Made by a program: the position numbers and the translations under genes
In this document: in pieces, positions 10,943 through 22,900 of the stretch
Layout of the letters: each line of letters starts with the position of its first letter
How positions within the stretch are numbered: the stretch's first letter is position 1
Assembly: GCA_905178155.1 (NCBI GenBank)
Contig: CAJINV010000010.1
Coordinates: 1,757,182-1,821,181 of the forward strand
Direction of reading: 5' to 3'
Source of the DNA: Amoebophrya sp. A120
Lineage: Eukaryota; Protista; Dinoflagellata
Length of the DNA stretch: 64,000 nucleotides
Notes under the pieces: generated by a model
Seen by the model: only the letters and a program-made list of their open reading frames with translations
What the model was told of the DNA's origin: nothing
Databases searched by the model: none

Positions 10943-13900
10943 TCACAAAACATCTGTTTCCACTTCCTCACTCCCCCGGGTTAAAAACGTACGGGGACAA
11001 ATTTGTCAGCAGCGTCGTATTCCGCTCCAACTCCCGTTCGTAGATCTTAATTCTGGCCGGTCCACACTCCCGCTGATCCTCCATCAATTCCAGCAAGGTT
11101 TGCAACCGCTTGTGGAACTATGAATTGCAAAAGTGTCTGGGACTGGAAGATTGCAACTTGTAGTGCTGTCTTTGGATTCCAAAAAAATCTGTATTGCACG
11201 ACCAGCAACAGGACTCCAGTTTCTGTTACGTGGAGAGGGCATTTCTCATGCGGTAGAGGTATCACAAAGCCCTGTGAAAATCTGTGATGCTTTGGCACGC
11301 ATCACAGACATCGTGGCTCATGGAAAATATGCATGACAAATCTAGAAATCTTCCAGAACCAGACACTTTTGCATTTGATAGGAACACCGAGTCGGCGATT
11401 GCGCGGGACTGGGCAGCGTAGAACTCCAGTTGCTCTGCGTGGTGGAGTATGCTTTGCAAAAGCATCGCGCTCGTACTGTCGCTACTCGTAGTCATGCATG
11501 AGAATGTCGTGTTTGGAAATTAGCTCAGCATTTTTACGTATTCCATATCGTCTAATGCTGATGAAATAATTATGTCATGCGGTTTCATGATCTACTAGTA
11601 GCTCTAGTACGATATTTTTGCTGGTGCAGAGGATATGGGGGTCCAGGTGGTCCAGGGAGCAAGACGTGCTCGAGCTACCAATGTCGTGTTTTGAACTCCC
11701 GCCTCCGAAGCTCCCGAAGTGCGAACTGCCGTCGCCCGCGGATGGACCGGGAAATTCGGCACTGTAACTGTGGTCGATGTGGTGATGGTGCCGGATTTCG
11801 CCGGATTGCGCTTTCAGGTACTCTTCAATTTGAAACCGGACCAGCATTGTTTTCAAATGTATCCTTCGTAAAAACTACACCGAACATGAAGATGAGGACT
11901 GTTGACGTTGTTCGACGTCGCAAATGCAAATCATTATCATACATGATGATGATTTGATGAGCTTGTCTTTTACTTTTGTTCAAGCTCCAGCATGCGTTTG
12001 TGCAACACAAACAGACACCCCCTCTTCATGGTAGTGATTTTACGATAGGTAAATTTCACCAAATGTTCCTCCCTGGATCTTCCCGTCCGGATGATTAACC
12101 GAGCGGGCAGCTCCTCTTGCTGTAATTCCTGCTGCTGAGAAGATGAAGAAGTTGCTGCAGGAACACCTCCCCCGTTGTAATTCAGTGCGGTAGTAGTTTT
12201 CGAGACAACAGGCCGTAGTGAAGCGGAACCGTCGTTAGAGGAGGCACTAGAGGCAGCAGCAGGAACAGATGATCCTGGTGCACCTGCACCTCCAGGCTGT
12301 GAGTAAAACAGGAAATTCTTGCTCGTAGTCTTCCCGCTTCCAGCCGCCCGCTCTTCCGACAATACCTCTTCCTCTTTCTCCTCTACCACCATTGGCGTGT
12401 GCCCCAAGGTCCGCGCCTCAACCGAAGACATGTGCGGATTCTGGTTCCCGCCGACCCGTACGTGTGCGCAGGAGGACGCTACGACCGCGGTTTGTGCTTG
12501 TTCCGCTGCTCCAGTCGTTTCCGCAGGGGCGGACTTGTGTCTTCCCGTGGATGAGCCAGAGGAGTTCGAAGTGCGGCTGCGCTGCCGTGTGATTTCAAAC
12601 TCATTCTGTCCACCATGATCCGCTGGTCCACTAAGAACACCGGCACTTGTTGCGCTACTACCTCCACCTTCTGTAGCTGATGTCAGAGTTGTCGCAGCTA
12701 CGCCTCCGCTCCCGACCGGAGGGGCCGACAAGCTGGTTCGCTTTTTATTCTTGTTGTCCTGCAGTCGCTGCATCTTCCGCGCGCTTTGGTGGGCGTGCGC
12801 CATGGCCCGGAGGTACTGTATCCGCGACTGATTCGATAAGGATGACGCGTGACTACTTAATGAGGAGCTGGAGATCGTTCGCTTCAACATCGGGTTGGTT
12901 TTTTTCGCAGTACTATCTCCTACACCACTGTTCATCGAGGCCGCACTGCCGGGTGTCAGACTCTGCTGGTTCTGCGCGGCCAGTAAGCCGCCGGAGGTGC
13001 TGACGCCGGTCGTGGGGAGGTTGCTGGAGCTTTTGGAGCTGGCGTTGGCGAAGTGTTTACTCATTTTCAGTCGCTGCGCTACGTTGTTCGCGAAAAGCTG
13101 CAAAGGGGCCTCCAGGTGTTTCTTCCGGGGCTCGGGATTGTTCATGACAGCCGCTGCGGCGGCGGCAGCGGCCAGGGTCGTTGCGCCGTTCGGGGTGGCG
13201 CTATTGCTTCTGCTGCTAAGAACTTGAAGATCGCCAGCACCGGTGCTCTGCGGTGTCACGTTTGCCGCGTGAAGACCTGCTGATGATCCACCCGCCCCCG
13301 CATTCAGCAATTGCGCACCACCGGGTACTATCAAGTGTAAAAGTGTCTGGGTCTGGAAGAATGCAACTTGTCATGCTAAATCTGAAGCATGCAAAAATCT
13401 GTGTTGCATGATTGCCAAAAGTCGTCCAGTTTTGACCAAGTTGGGAGGAGCTTTCTCATGCACGATAGGCATGGGAGAGATCGCGCAGAATCTGTCGCGC
13501 TAGGTCCTGCATTCCAGACCTCATGGGTCATGGAAAAGCTGCATGACAAATCGCGCACTCTTCCAGACCCAGACATTTTTACATTTGATAGGTACCTTCA
13601 GATGCTTCATCACGTTCGGTGCACTGGCGTACCTAACCCCGCTAGAGTTGTTCATGTCGTCCAAGCCTGGAATCATGTTGTGCCCCGAAGATGTTGACCC
13701 GGCGCTACTAACCTCGCTGTGCCTGCGACTGCGGTTTTGCAGCGGGGTTTTCAGGATATTGGAAGACGATGAGTTGTTGATTGGCTCATGATATGAATTG
13801 CAAAAGTATCGCACTCGTATAAATGCATTACAAATTTCCTCAGCGTGAGAAATAAAATTTGTTAGAGCTGGAAGGGCCGTTAATTTTAAGCCTTCCGGTT

Positions 13901-16900
13901 GTCGTGCGGCACTTGCAAACTTGCGAAAAGTCAGCGAAGATCCTCAGGAGGACCATTCCGGACCGGAATAGGGGCCGGGAAAGGGGCAAAAGACGAGGGG
14001 CAACAGACTGACGCGACGGAGGGCGGCGGCCCAGCCAGGAGGTGCTTTTCGGCACCGCGGAGCGGACCCCTCCCCGCCTATTTCCGGCAAAAATCCGCGC
14101 CATTTTTCCCGAGGGCGCGGAGGCAATTTGCGCTGTCTCCCGGAGGAGCCGAAACCCGCTCGGTGCTGGCGCGAGGGCGCATGGTATGGCCCGCGTCCGC
14201 AGATGTGGCCGCGGACAGCTTTTTGGGCACCAGCGGGAGGCCTACCCGCCCGCTATTCAGGCGGACAAGCCCGGGCGACCTATCATGGCGCTAATTGGTT
14301 TCTGAAATCCGGCTAATTTGAGTACTAAAAACGCGGGCGGCCACCGCCTGCCCCGCCCCGCCCGACGATGGGCGCGCGGCCTGTGTGGCACAAGCGAAAA
14401 GCCACTGTGAGTCTACGTCCATTGCCAGGCGAAAAAGCAAAAACATCATAAGCCCCTAAGACGACGCGGCACCTACTACAGAAGATAAGTCTGCCAGCCC
14501 ATACACCAACGTGGGCGCGTGGGCATTTGCGTGGCAGACAAAAAGATAGCCACGCGAACTGGAATGCCGCCACGCCCTGCCCAAAGACATTGGCTCCCCA
14601 GCCAGAAATGGAAAGAAATGAAGGCGGCCCCGGGGCTGGAGCGCCCGGGAACATTTTCTGGCGGCCGCCCTTGCGGGATTTGAGGGAGGGCGGGTCGTTT
14701 AATTTACAAAAGGGAAGCAGGCTAATTGATCGCTAATTCTACTCCCGGAACACCCCCCCGACCATCGCAAACGGGCTTGCTAATTTGCATTCTAATTTTT
14801 TTGCCCCCCTGTTCTAATTGGTGGGCTAATTCGTGTCTAATTTGCGCAGCTTCCTGTCCCCAGCCCCTGTCTAATTTGCACAACTACCCAAAAAACAAGT
14901 GTGATTTTGCCTATCTTTGAAAGATAGGCAAAATCACACACGAAATCCCTACCATGTGCAAATTAGCCAGCAGATTAGCAAACAATTAGCAACAAACTAG
15001 GAAGGGATTAGCAAGGGCGTTTTTCGGGTCAGGAATTAGGCCTGAAACAGATTAGCCGTAGTTTAGAATTTCAAATTAGAATTTTCCGGGAGCAGTTTAG
15101 CCACCAAAAATGGGCCGTCTACCCGAGGCCGTTCCGATTCTCCCCGAGAGAGAAAACCGGACGGCCACCCCAAGGAGAGAGAAGGAACACATACCAAAGG
15201 CGTGAGCCTTTGTCAACCCGGTCTCGGAATCCGGGCGGAGGCCCCACATGGGCGACGGCACTACACACAGACCGACACCCGGGAACCCGAATGCCCTCCA
15301 CAGAGTAATAAAGAAAACGGGCAAAACCCAAAGCGCGGCGCCTCCGCCTCGGGTCTGGCCGAGATACACGCGCAGGAGTAGGCGGGCCCCCGATTGTGGA
15401 CGCAACACATCCCCCGGCGTGTTCTCGATACCCAAAAAGCACACACACTGACCGGCGCCCCGCAATTACCCCAAGGGCAGGCAAGCGCGGCCCCCCTGTT
15501 GCTGCCAAGGCGCTTGCAAGGTACTCCAATTAGCCAGCTTTTAGGAAATAATTAGAAACAAAATCCGCCCGGGGCTGTCTGCCTGACGCTATGGTGGGCC
15601 GGAGGCCTCCCAAAAACTGGCCCGAGGTGCAGATAGGGGGGGTCCAGCGGGACTTCAGCGGGACTTGGTTTCTGAAGCGGCTCGCCCGACCTAAAATGGC
15701 CGATTTCCCGACCAGAAAAACGGTCGGCCATCCAAGCCCCGCCAAAGTCCCGCTGGACCCCCCCTATCTGCACACCGGGCCCGTTTTGGGAGGCCTCCGG
15801 CCCAGCATAGCGGGCGGGTAGGCCTTCAGCTGGTGCCCAAAAAGCCGCCGCCGGGCACATCTTGGGCCCCGCTGCCTGTCACGTTCCGACCTACCATAGC
15901 ATGCGGGATAGCCCTAGCAGGGGAGCCGAAAAGCCCTCCCGGGCGACATCCCAACACGCGGGCCATCCCATGCGCTTTCGCGCCAGGACCAAGCGCAGTC
16001 TGGGCCTTTTGGGCGGAGCCTTGCTTGCGGCGATTTCAAGCTCGGCGCCGAACTATTGGGCGCTTCCACATCTTCTCCGTTTTCATTCCATGCAGAATCG
16101 TGGTCGATTTCAAACAATGTCGGCGCTCTTCGGAATGCAATATCTACCAAGTGCCGCACAAGAACCGGAGGCCATTTTGTTAACGGCTCTCCCAGCTGTA
16201 AAAAATTTGTAATGCAGATTTCCCTTGGAAACAAGATTTGTAATGCAAGACTTGCATTTGTACGACTACGATACTTTTGCACAGGATACATAATCGCCTC
16301 CTGCCTCGTCCGCGGATTCCACCAAATCAGGAAGCTTTTCAATACCGTCGGGAAAACCTGTTGCTCTTTGTCCTGCTAAAGCTCCTTCAGGACAAAGGTG
16401 TTGCTGATCTTCAACTTGTACTAGTGAGTTTTATGCATTGCAAATAAAGTATCGCACTCGTATAAATGCATTACAAATTTCCTCAACATGAGAAACCAAA
16501 TTTGTAATGCGCCGGATTTACCTTAAGAGCAAGATTTGCAATGCATGTTTGCAATTACTACGAGTACGATACTTTTGCACATGATAAGTTTGCAGCTCCA
16601 GAGACGTTGTAACTCCCGGAGCTGTTCTCCGGCATCGTGGGCACGTGGTTCATGTAACTGGCCTCGTATAGTTCTTGAAATTTACCTCCTATCACCGCTA
16701 CTGGCAGCGTGATCAAGCTTGTTCCAAACAACAGAATCACCCCCCCGGAAATGTAGCCAATCCAGGTCCGCGGCACCTGGTCGCCATACTATCACAAGAA
16801 AAAGTGTTAGCGTGTACGGTTTTCACAGATTGCAGTCATGCATTACAAATGTAGTCCAAAAATATGCATGCTATGCATTACAAATTTAGGCATGTTTAGT

Positions 16901-19900
16901 TATGATGCCTTGCTGCATCTCAAATTCCGTTAACGTTAACACTTTTTGCTGCGATACATACCCGACGGTAAACATGGACACAAACGTGAACCAGATCGCA
17001 CTCGGAATAGAGGGGAAGTCCTTGGTGCCGCCGTTCTCCTGGGCGGAGCAGCACAGCAACTTCTCGACCCCCGGGAATTGTCCTCGCGTGTCCGCAGAAT
17101 CGACATTAGTGATGAAGGCAAACCGCTCCGAATACGGGATGCGTGCCAGGGTGCTGCTGCTCAGATGCACGTCCTCCCCCGCATCCTGGAGGCTCCAGGC
17201 ACTGTATGACTGTACACAAGTCCCCCTCCCCCTAATTTGTATTGCATGCACAGAAATACGAACGGTAGCGACCCTGGCGCCTGTGCATGGCAAATTTATC
17301 TGCCTACTGGAGTACTATTTCTATTTGTGTCATGCAAACAGTGCCATCATCATCATCATGTAGTGGACACCCGCACCCAGCGCCACAGAAGAGGGGCTGG
17401 ATTTGGGATTTTGCATGACAAATAAGGCGGAGGGGGGGTTGTGCACTGTCATACGCTGCCGTTCTCACAATCCAGCAAGTACTTGTTCAGTTTCTGCTAT
17501 CCTGTGTCAAAACGTCCCCACCCCAGAGTTGTCATGCTAAACAAAATGCGACACACTTTACCCCAGAGTTGTCATGCAAATGTGCAATGACAGGCACATT
17601 TGTAATGCGGATCTGCATGAGAGGCATTTCCTATCATGTTTTGGACTTTGTAATCATGCTGTAAACATGATGAGGGGCTGGCTTTCTCATGCGGCTGCCC
17701 TTGTTGAACAGCACGACGCTACAGATGGAAACTTGTCATGCAAAACTCCAAAAACTTGAAGATTTGTGTTGCAGACTTCCCATTTTGACTCTGGTCGTGT
17801 GGGGACGTTTTTACTCAGGATATCTGCTCCGACATCCTTTCCCGGTCGGGACACCCCGCTTTCTCGACGTAGAAGAGCAGGGATGAGAAGCAGAGCACCG
17901 CGACGATGAGCAGAAAGAAGAGGACTAGAAGTGTCTGCTATGCATTGCAAAAGCATCGCACTGCTCGTAGTCGTAGCTCTAGCTAGTATAATTTGCAATT
18001 ACGCATGACAAACGTCTTTGCCAAGGTAAATCAGCATGGCAAATTCAATTTTTTGTCCTACTGGCCTAGTCTGTCATGCAATTCCTACTAGCACGATGCT
18101 TTGCGCTTCATATCTGCATAGAATCTTTGATCACGACGGATATCAAGGCTATATCCCACGAAAAAACTGTTTCACTGTGAAGATTTTGCTAGATCTGCAT
18201 CACAAGTTTGCTACACATGACACCGAAAGTCTGTCATGCGCGCTTCCCAAGGGAAAACACGCTTGAAAATGAAAATCCAATGTGTTCGTTGCAGGGGTAG
18301 CAAGACAAATAATTCTGTGTTCCATTTTCTGCATCACAAGTTCACAGCGAAACAGTTTGTTCTTGCGAGGATAGGCCACTCCCTTACTGTACTTTCCGAG
18401 TTTCAAGACCCGAAACAGCCGGGTCAGCCGGACGATCCGCAACATCCTATGCACTGCAAAAGTATCGTCCTAGTAGTAATTGATTCTAATTGCAATACAA
18501 ATTCGCGCAGCATGAGAAATGAAATTTACCATGCTGATTTGCCTTGGGAACCAGATTACTATTGAAACTGCAGCAACTACCCAAATCTGAGTTTTCTACC
18601 CCGGATCCAGGGTAGGTTCCAGGGTAGGTTCCAGGGTAGGTAACACGAGGGGACAGTGGATTTAAGAGGGGGGGGGGTACAGCCTACCCAGGAACCGACC
18701 CAGGAACCGACTCAACCCGACTCCTCAGCCGACCGATACAGCTCGGGTAAAGAAACAAACACGAGCTGTGGAGTCGGGTGAAGAGTCGGGTAAAAGTCGG
18801 GTCCAGGGTAGGTTTTGAGTCGGGTAAAGTCGGGCACATAGCTCGGGAAAGGGAAAGCGACCTTACCCGACTCTACCCGACTCAACCCGACCCGTCCAGC
18901 AGATGCGACATAGTTTGCCAATGCGTCTGCTCTGGACGATCAGAAGCAGAGCGCCGAAGCTTCGCAACGCGGCAACACAAAGCCACACACCCCGCCGGAG
19001 TCCTGCTGGCGCCGACTTTCAAAAGCCATCGGGCCCGCTGGATTGTTGCCGGCGCCGGCTCTCAAAAGTCCGCGGCCCTTCACTGACTGCCCAAAAGCCA
19101 GGCAGCAGCCTGGCCGCCGCGGCTGGCTGGCAGGCTTGCTGGGGGCGCCTTGGAACTGCCCGGCATCGCTCTCCACAGGCTGGCCATCGGCTTGCGGGGT
19201 TCCGGGCGGTGCAGGTTGAGCAGACTGCACGCGAAAGGCCCGGGCGCAGTGACCAAAAGCGGGAGGCGCGGCGACTTCTGCAAGGGCGGGGGCAGCTTCC
19301 ACAGGTGTGCCACCGGCTTCCAAAAGTCCGCCAGCGACTTCCAAAGGCTGGCGCCAAGCCTGCTAGATTCCGGCCGCTGCAGACTTCCAAATAAAAGCCC
19401 GCCGCCGGCTTCCAAGAGTGAGCGAGCCCACCGGCCCGCGACTTTCAGAGGCCCGCCACCGGCTTCCAAAAGTCCGCCAGCGACTTCCAAAAGCTGGCGC
19501 GAAGCTTGCGGGCCGGGGGCGGTCGGATAGGTATCGGCCGGCACAGACTTCCAAACGCCCGCCGCCGACTTCCAGAACCCCGCCGACGGCTTCCAAACGC
19601 TGGCGCGAAGCTTGCAGGAGTCCGGCTGGTGCAGAGAGAGTTAAGCGCAAAAGGCCCGCCAGCGACTTTCGACCAAAAGTCCGCCAGCGGCTTCCAAAAA
19701 ATGAAACGCCCGCCAATGGCCCCCAAAACTCCGCCACCGGCTTCCAAAAGGTCGGTGGCTTGGTTGCAGGATTCCGGCTGGCGCAGGCCTGCAAAGGTCT
19801 GCGCGCCATCTGCTAGCTTCCAAAGCAACGCAAGGCTCGGCGGGCGGCGCCACGGGCCGCCGCGTGCCGGATTTGTTTCTCGCGGGCGCAGACTGGCATG

Positions 19901-22900
19901 GGGCCACGGAGCAAAACCATGGCCAGAAGCTTCCCGGAATACATACAAAAGGGCGAAGGCGGTGCCCGGTTTCTCGCGCAAGCTGGCACGTGGACACGGA
20001 GCAAAACCGCGGCCAGAAGCTTCCCAGAGTTAACCGGACGGCGCAAGGCGTTGCCCGGCCGGTGGGGTCTCGCGCGGGCGGGAACGGGCACGGAGACACG
20101 GACCAAAATCGCGGCCCGAAGCATCGCAGAATCAACTGGGCGGAGGCGGTGCCCGGTTTCTCGCGCAAACTGGCACGGGGACACCACATGGAGCAGAGCC
20201 GCGGCCAGAGCCTCCGCTTCCGCCGCACTGGCGCACGGAGCAAAACCGCTCCCCCCCCCCNNNNNNNNNNNNNNNNNNNNNNNNNNNNNNNNNNNNNNNN
20301 NNNNNNNNNNNNNNNNNNNNNNNNNNNNNNNNNNNNNNNNNNNNNNNNNNNNNNNNNNNNNNNNNNNNNNNNNNNNNNNNNNNNNNNNNNNNNNNNNNNN
20401 NNNNNNNNNNNNNNNNNNNNNNNNNNNNNNNNNNNNNNNNNNNNNNNNNNNNNNNNNNNNNNNNNNNNNNNNNNNNNNNNNNNNNNNNNNNNNNNNNNNN
20501 NNNNNNNNNNNNNNNNNNNNNNNNNNNNNNNNNNNNNNNNNNNNNNNNNNNNNNNNNNNNNNNNNNNNNNNNNNNNNNNNNNNNNNNNNNNNNNNNNNNN
20601 NNNNNNNNNNNNNNNNNNNNNNNNNNNNNNNNNNNNNNNNNNNNNNNNNNNNNNNNNNNNNNNNNNNNNNNNNNNNNNNNNNNNNNNNNNNNNNNNNNNN
20701 NNNNNNNNNNNNNNNNNNNNNNNNNNNNNNNNNNNNNNNNNNNNNNNNNNNNNNNNNNNNNNNNNNNNNNNNNNNNNNNNNNNNNNNNNNNNNNNNNNNN
20801 NNNNNNNNNNNNNNNNNNNNNNNNNNNNNNNNNNNNNNNNNNNNNNNNNNNNNNNNNNNNNNNNNNNNNNNNNNNNNNNNNNNNNNNNNNNNNNNNNNNN
20901 NNNNNNNNNNNNNNNNNNNNNNNNNNNNNNNNNNNNNNNNNNNNNNNNNNNNNNNNNNNNNNNNNNNNNNNNNNNNNNNNNNNNNNNNNNNNNNNNNNNN
21001 NNNNNNNNNNNNNNNNNNNNNNNNNNNNNNNNNNNNNNNNNNNNNNNNNNNNNNNNNNNNNNNNNNNNNNNNNNNNNNNNNNNNNNNNNNNNNNNNNNNN
21101 NNNNNNNNNNNNNNNNNNNNNNNNNNNNNNNNNNNNNNNNNNNNNNNNNNNNNNNNNNNNNNNNNNNNNNNNNNAAGCCGCTCCCTTCCCAGAATTGGGC
21201 GAGGGCGGTGCCCGGTTTCTCGCGCAAACTGGCACGGGGACACGGAGCAAAGCCGCGGCCAGAGCCGTAGTTTCCGCCGCGCGCGCTGGCACACGGAGCA
21301 AGCCCTTCCCTCCCCAGAATTGGGCGAGGGCGGTGCCCGGTTTCTCGCGCAAACCGGCACGGGGACACGTCAGGCAGCCGGCCCCGGGCATTCTCCAAGG
21401 CTTAAAACTTGCTATATTTTTTCTAATGTTGCGAAGGAAAACAAAAAAAAGAAAGTGGCGGCAATGCCGCCAAAGACAACACCCAGCCCGAAGGCCGCCG
21501 GGCACAAATCACGTCGGGCGGGACACCAAAAACGAACGGGGCCGAGAATTTCGCGGCCAAATACCTAGCGCACTGGGGCTCTTCCCATCCAGAGAGAAAA
21601 TGGCCCAGAAGGGAGGCGGCCCCGAGGCGAGGCCAGGCGCGCGATGTGCAAGATCAGGGGGGGCGGCAATTCGCCCAAACAAAAAGCCGGGAAACCACCT
21701 GGCGAAATGATCAACAACAACCGCCTAGCCGGAAAAAAACCGGGCGGGACGCCTCTTGCCTCCGGCTAATTCCTTGCCTAAATCGATGCTAAGGCAGGCG
21801 ACTAACTTCGCGCCTAAGTTCCTTGCTAAATCACGGCTAATTTTAATTTTTTTCATTGCAAACCCTTTCGCATTCCCTATGCTGGAATTAGAAGCAAATT
21901 AGACGCGAAATTAGACCCCAAATTAGCCCCCCCCAACCCCCCTTCTGCGCCCCTCATGAACCTCGGCCGGGCGGGCCGGGGCCATTAATATGCGGCCCGA
22001 GACAAATGCGAAACAATCGCGCTGCCTTCCCTCTGGGGCAAAAACATCGCAGGGACACAAACCTTGGAAGCCCCGGGCCCCGATGCGCCACGGGCCCTGC
22101 AGACACCGGGGCGGGCAATCTTCGCCAAAAAAATTTAAAAACACAAATGCCCGGCGCCGCAGTTTCCAAAACCTGCCAAAACTACCGGCGAAAAAACCCT
22201 TGCCCGGACTACCTCCAGAACCCTTGGGGCCCCGGACTCGCGGGGCCGCGACGAAAAGAAGCAAGGGGGGCCCCAAGCCGGAACAATGTGGGCCCCACAA
22301 TATTAGAAAAAAATCGGCAGCCTTTTAGGCGGCAAATTTGCGAGCCATCGGCCGGCTGAGACACGGAGCAAAGCCGCGGCCAGAGTCGTAGCTTCCGCCG
22401 CACTGGCACACGGAGCAAAGCCGCTCCCTCCCCAGAATTGGGCGAGGGCGGTGCCCGGTTTCTCGCGCAAACTGGCACGGGGACACGGAGCAAAGCCGCG
22501 GCCAGAGCCGTAGTTTCCGCCGCACTGGCACACGGAGCAAAGCCGCTCCCTCCCCAGAATTGGGCGAGGGCGGTGCCCGGTTTCTCGCGCAAACTGGCAA
22601 GGGGACACGGAGCAAAGCCGCGGCCAGAGCCGTAGTTTCCGCCGCACTGGCACACGGAGCAAAGGCAAAGCCGCTCCCTCCCCAGAATTGGGCGAGGGCG
22701 GTGCCCGGTTTCTCGCGCAAATTGGCACGGGGACACGGAGCAAAGCCGCGGCAAGCGCCGTAGCTTCCGCCAGCCACACTGGCACACGGAGCAAAGCCGC
22801 TCCCTCCCCAGAATTGGGCGAGGGCGGTTCCCGGTTTCTCGCGCAAACTGGCGCGGGGACACGGAGCAAAGCCGCGGCCAGAGCCGTAGTAAGTTTCCGC

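Larger units (their letters stand above)
13792..16288. mobile_element. Introner family A interrupted by a nested 2.3-kb TIR element
   Basis: Left half 13792-13861 and right half 16202-16288 rejoin to a typical family A unit; TSD catga/cataa. Confidence 0.88.

Noticed and set aside
13862-16201. Autonomous transposase in the large inserts
   Set aside because: No DDE, RT or Rep/helicase motifs recognised in any ORF.
19641-21568. 450-585 aa ORFs
   Set aside because: Artefacts of translation through the N gap.
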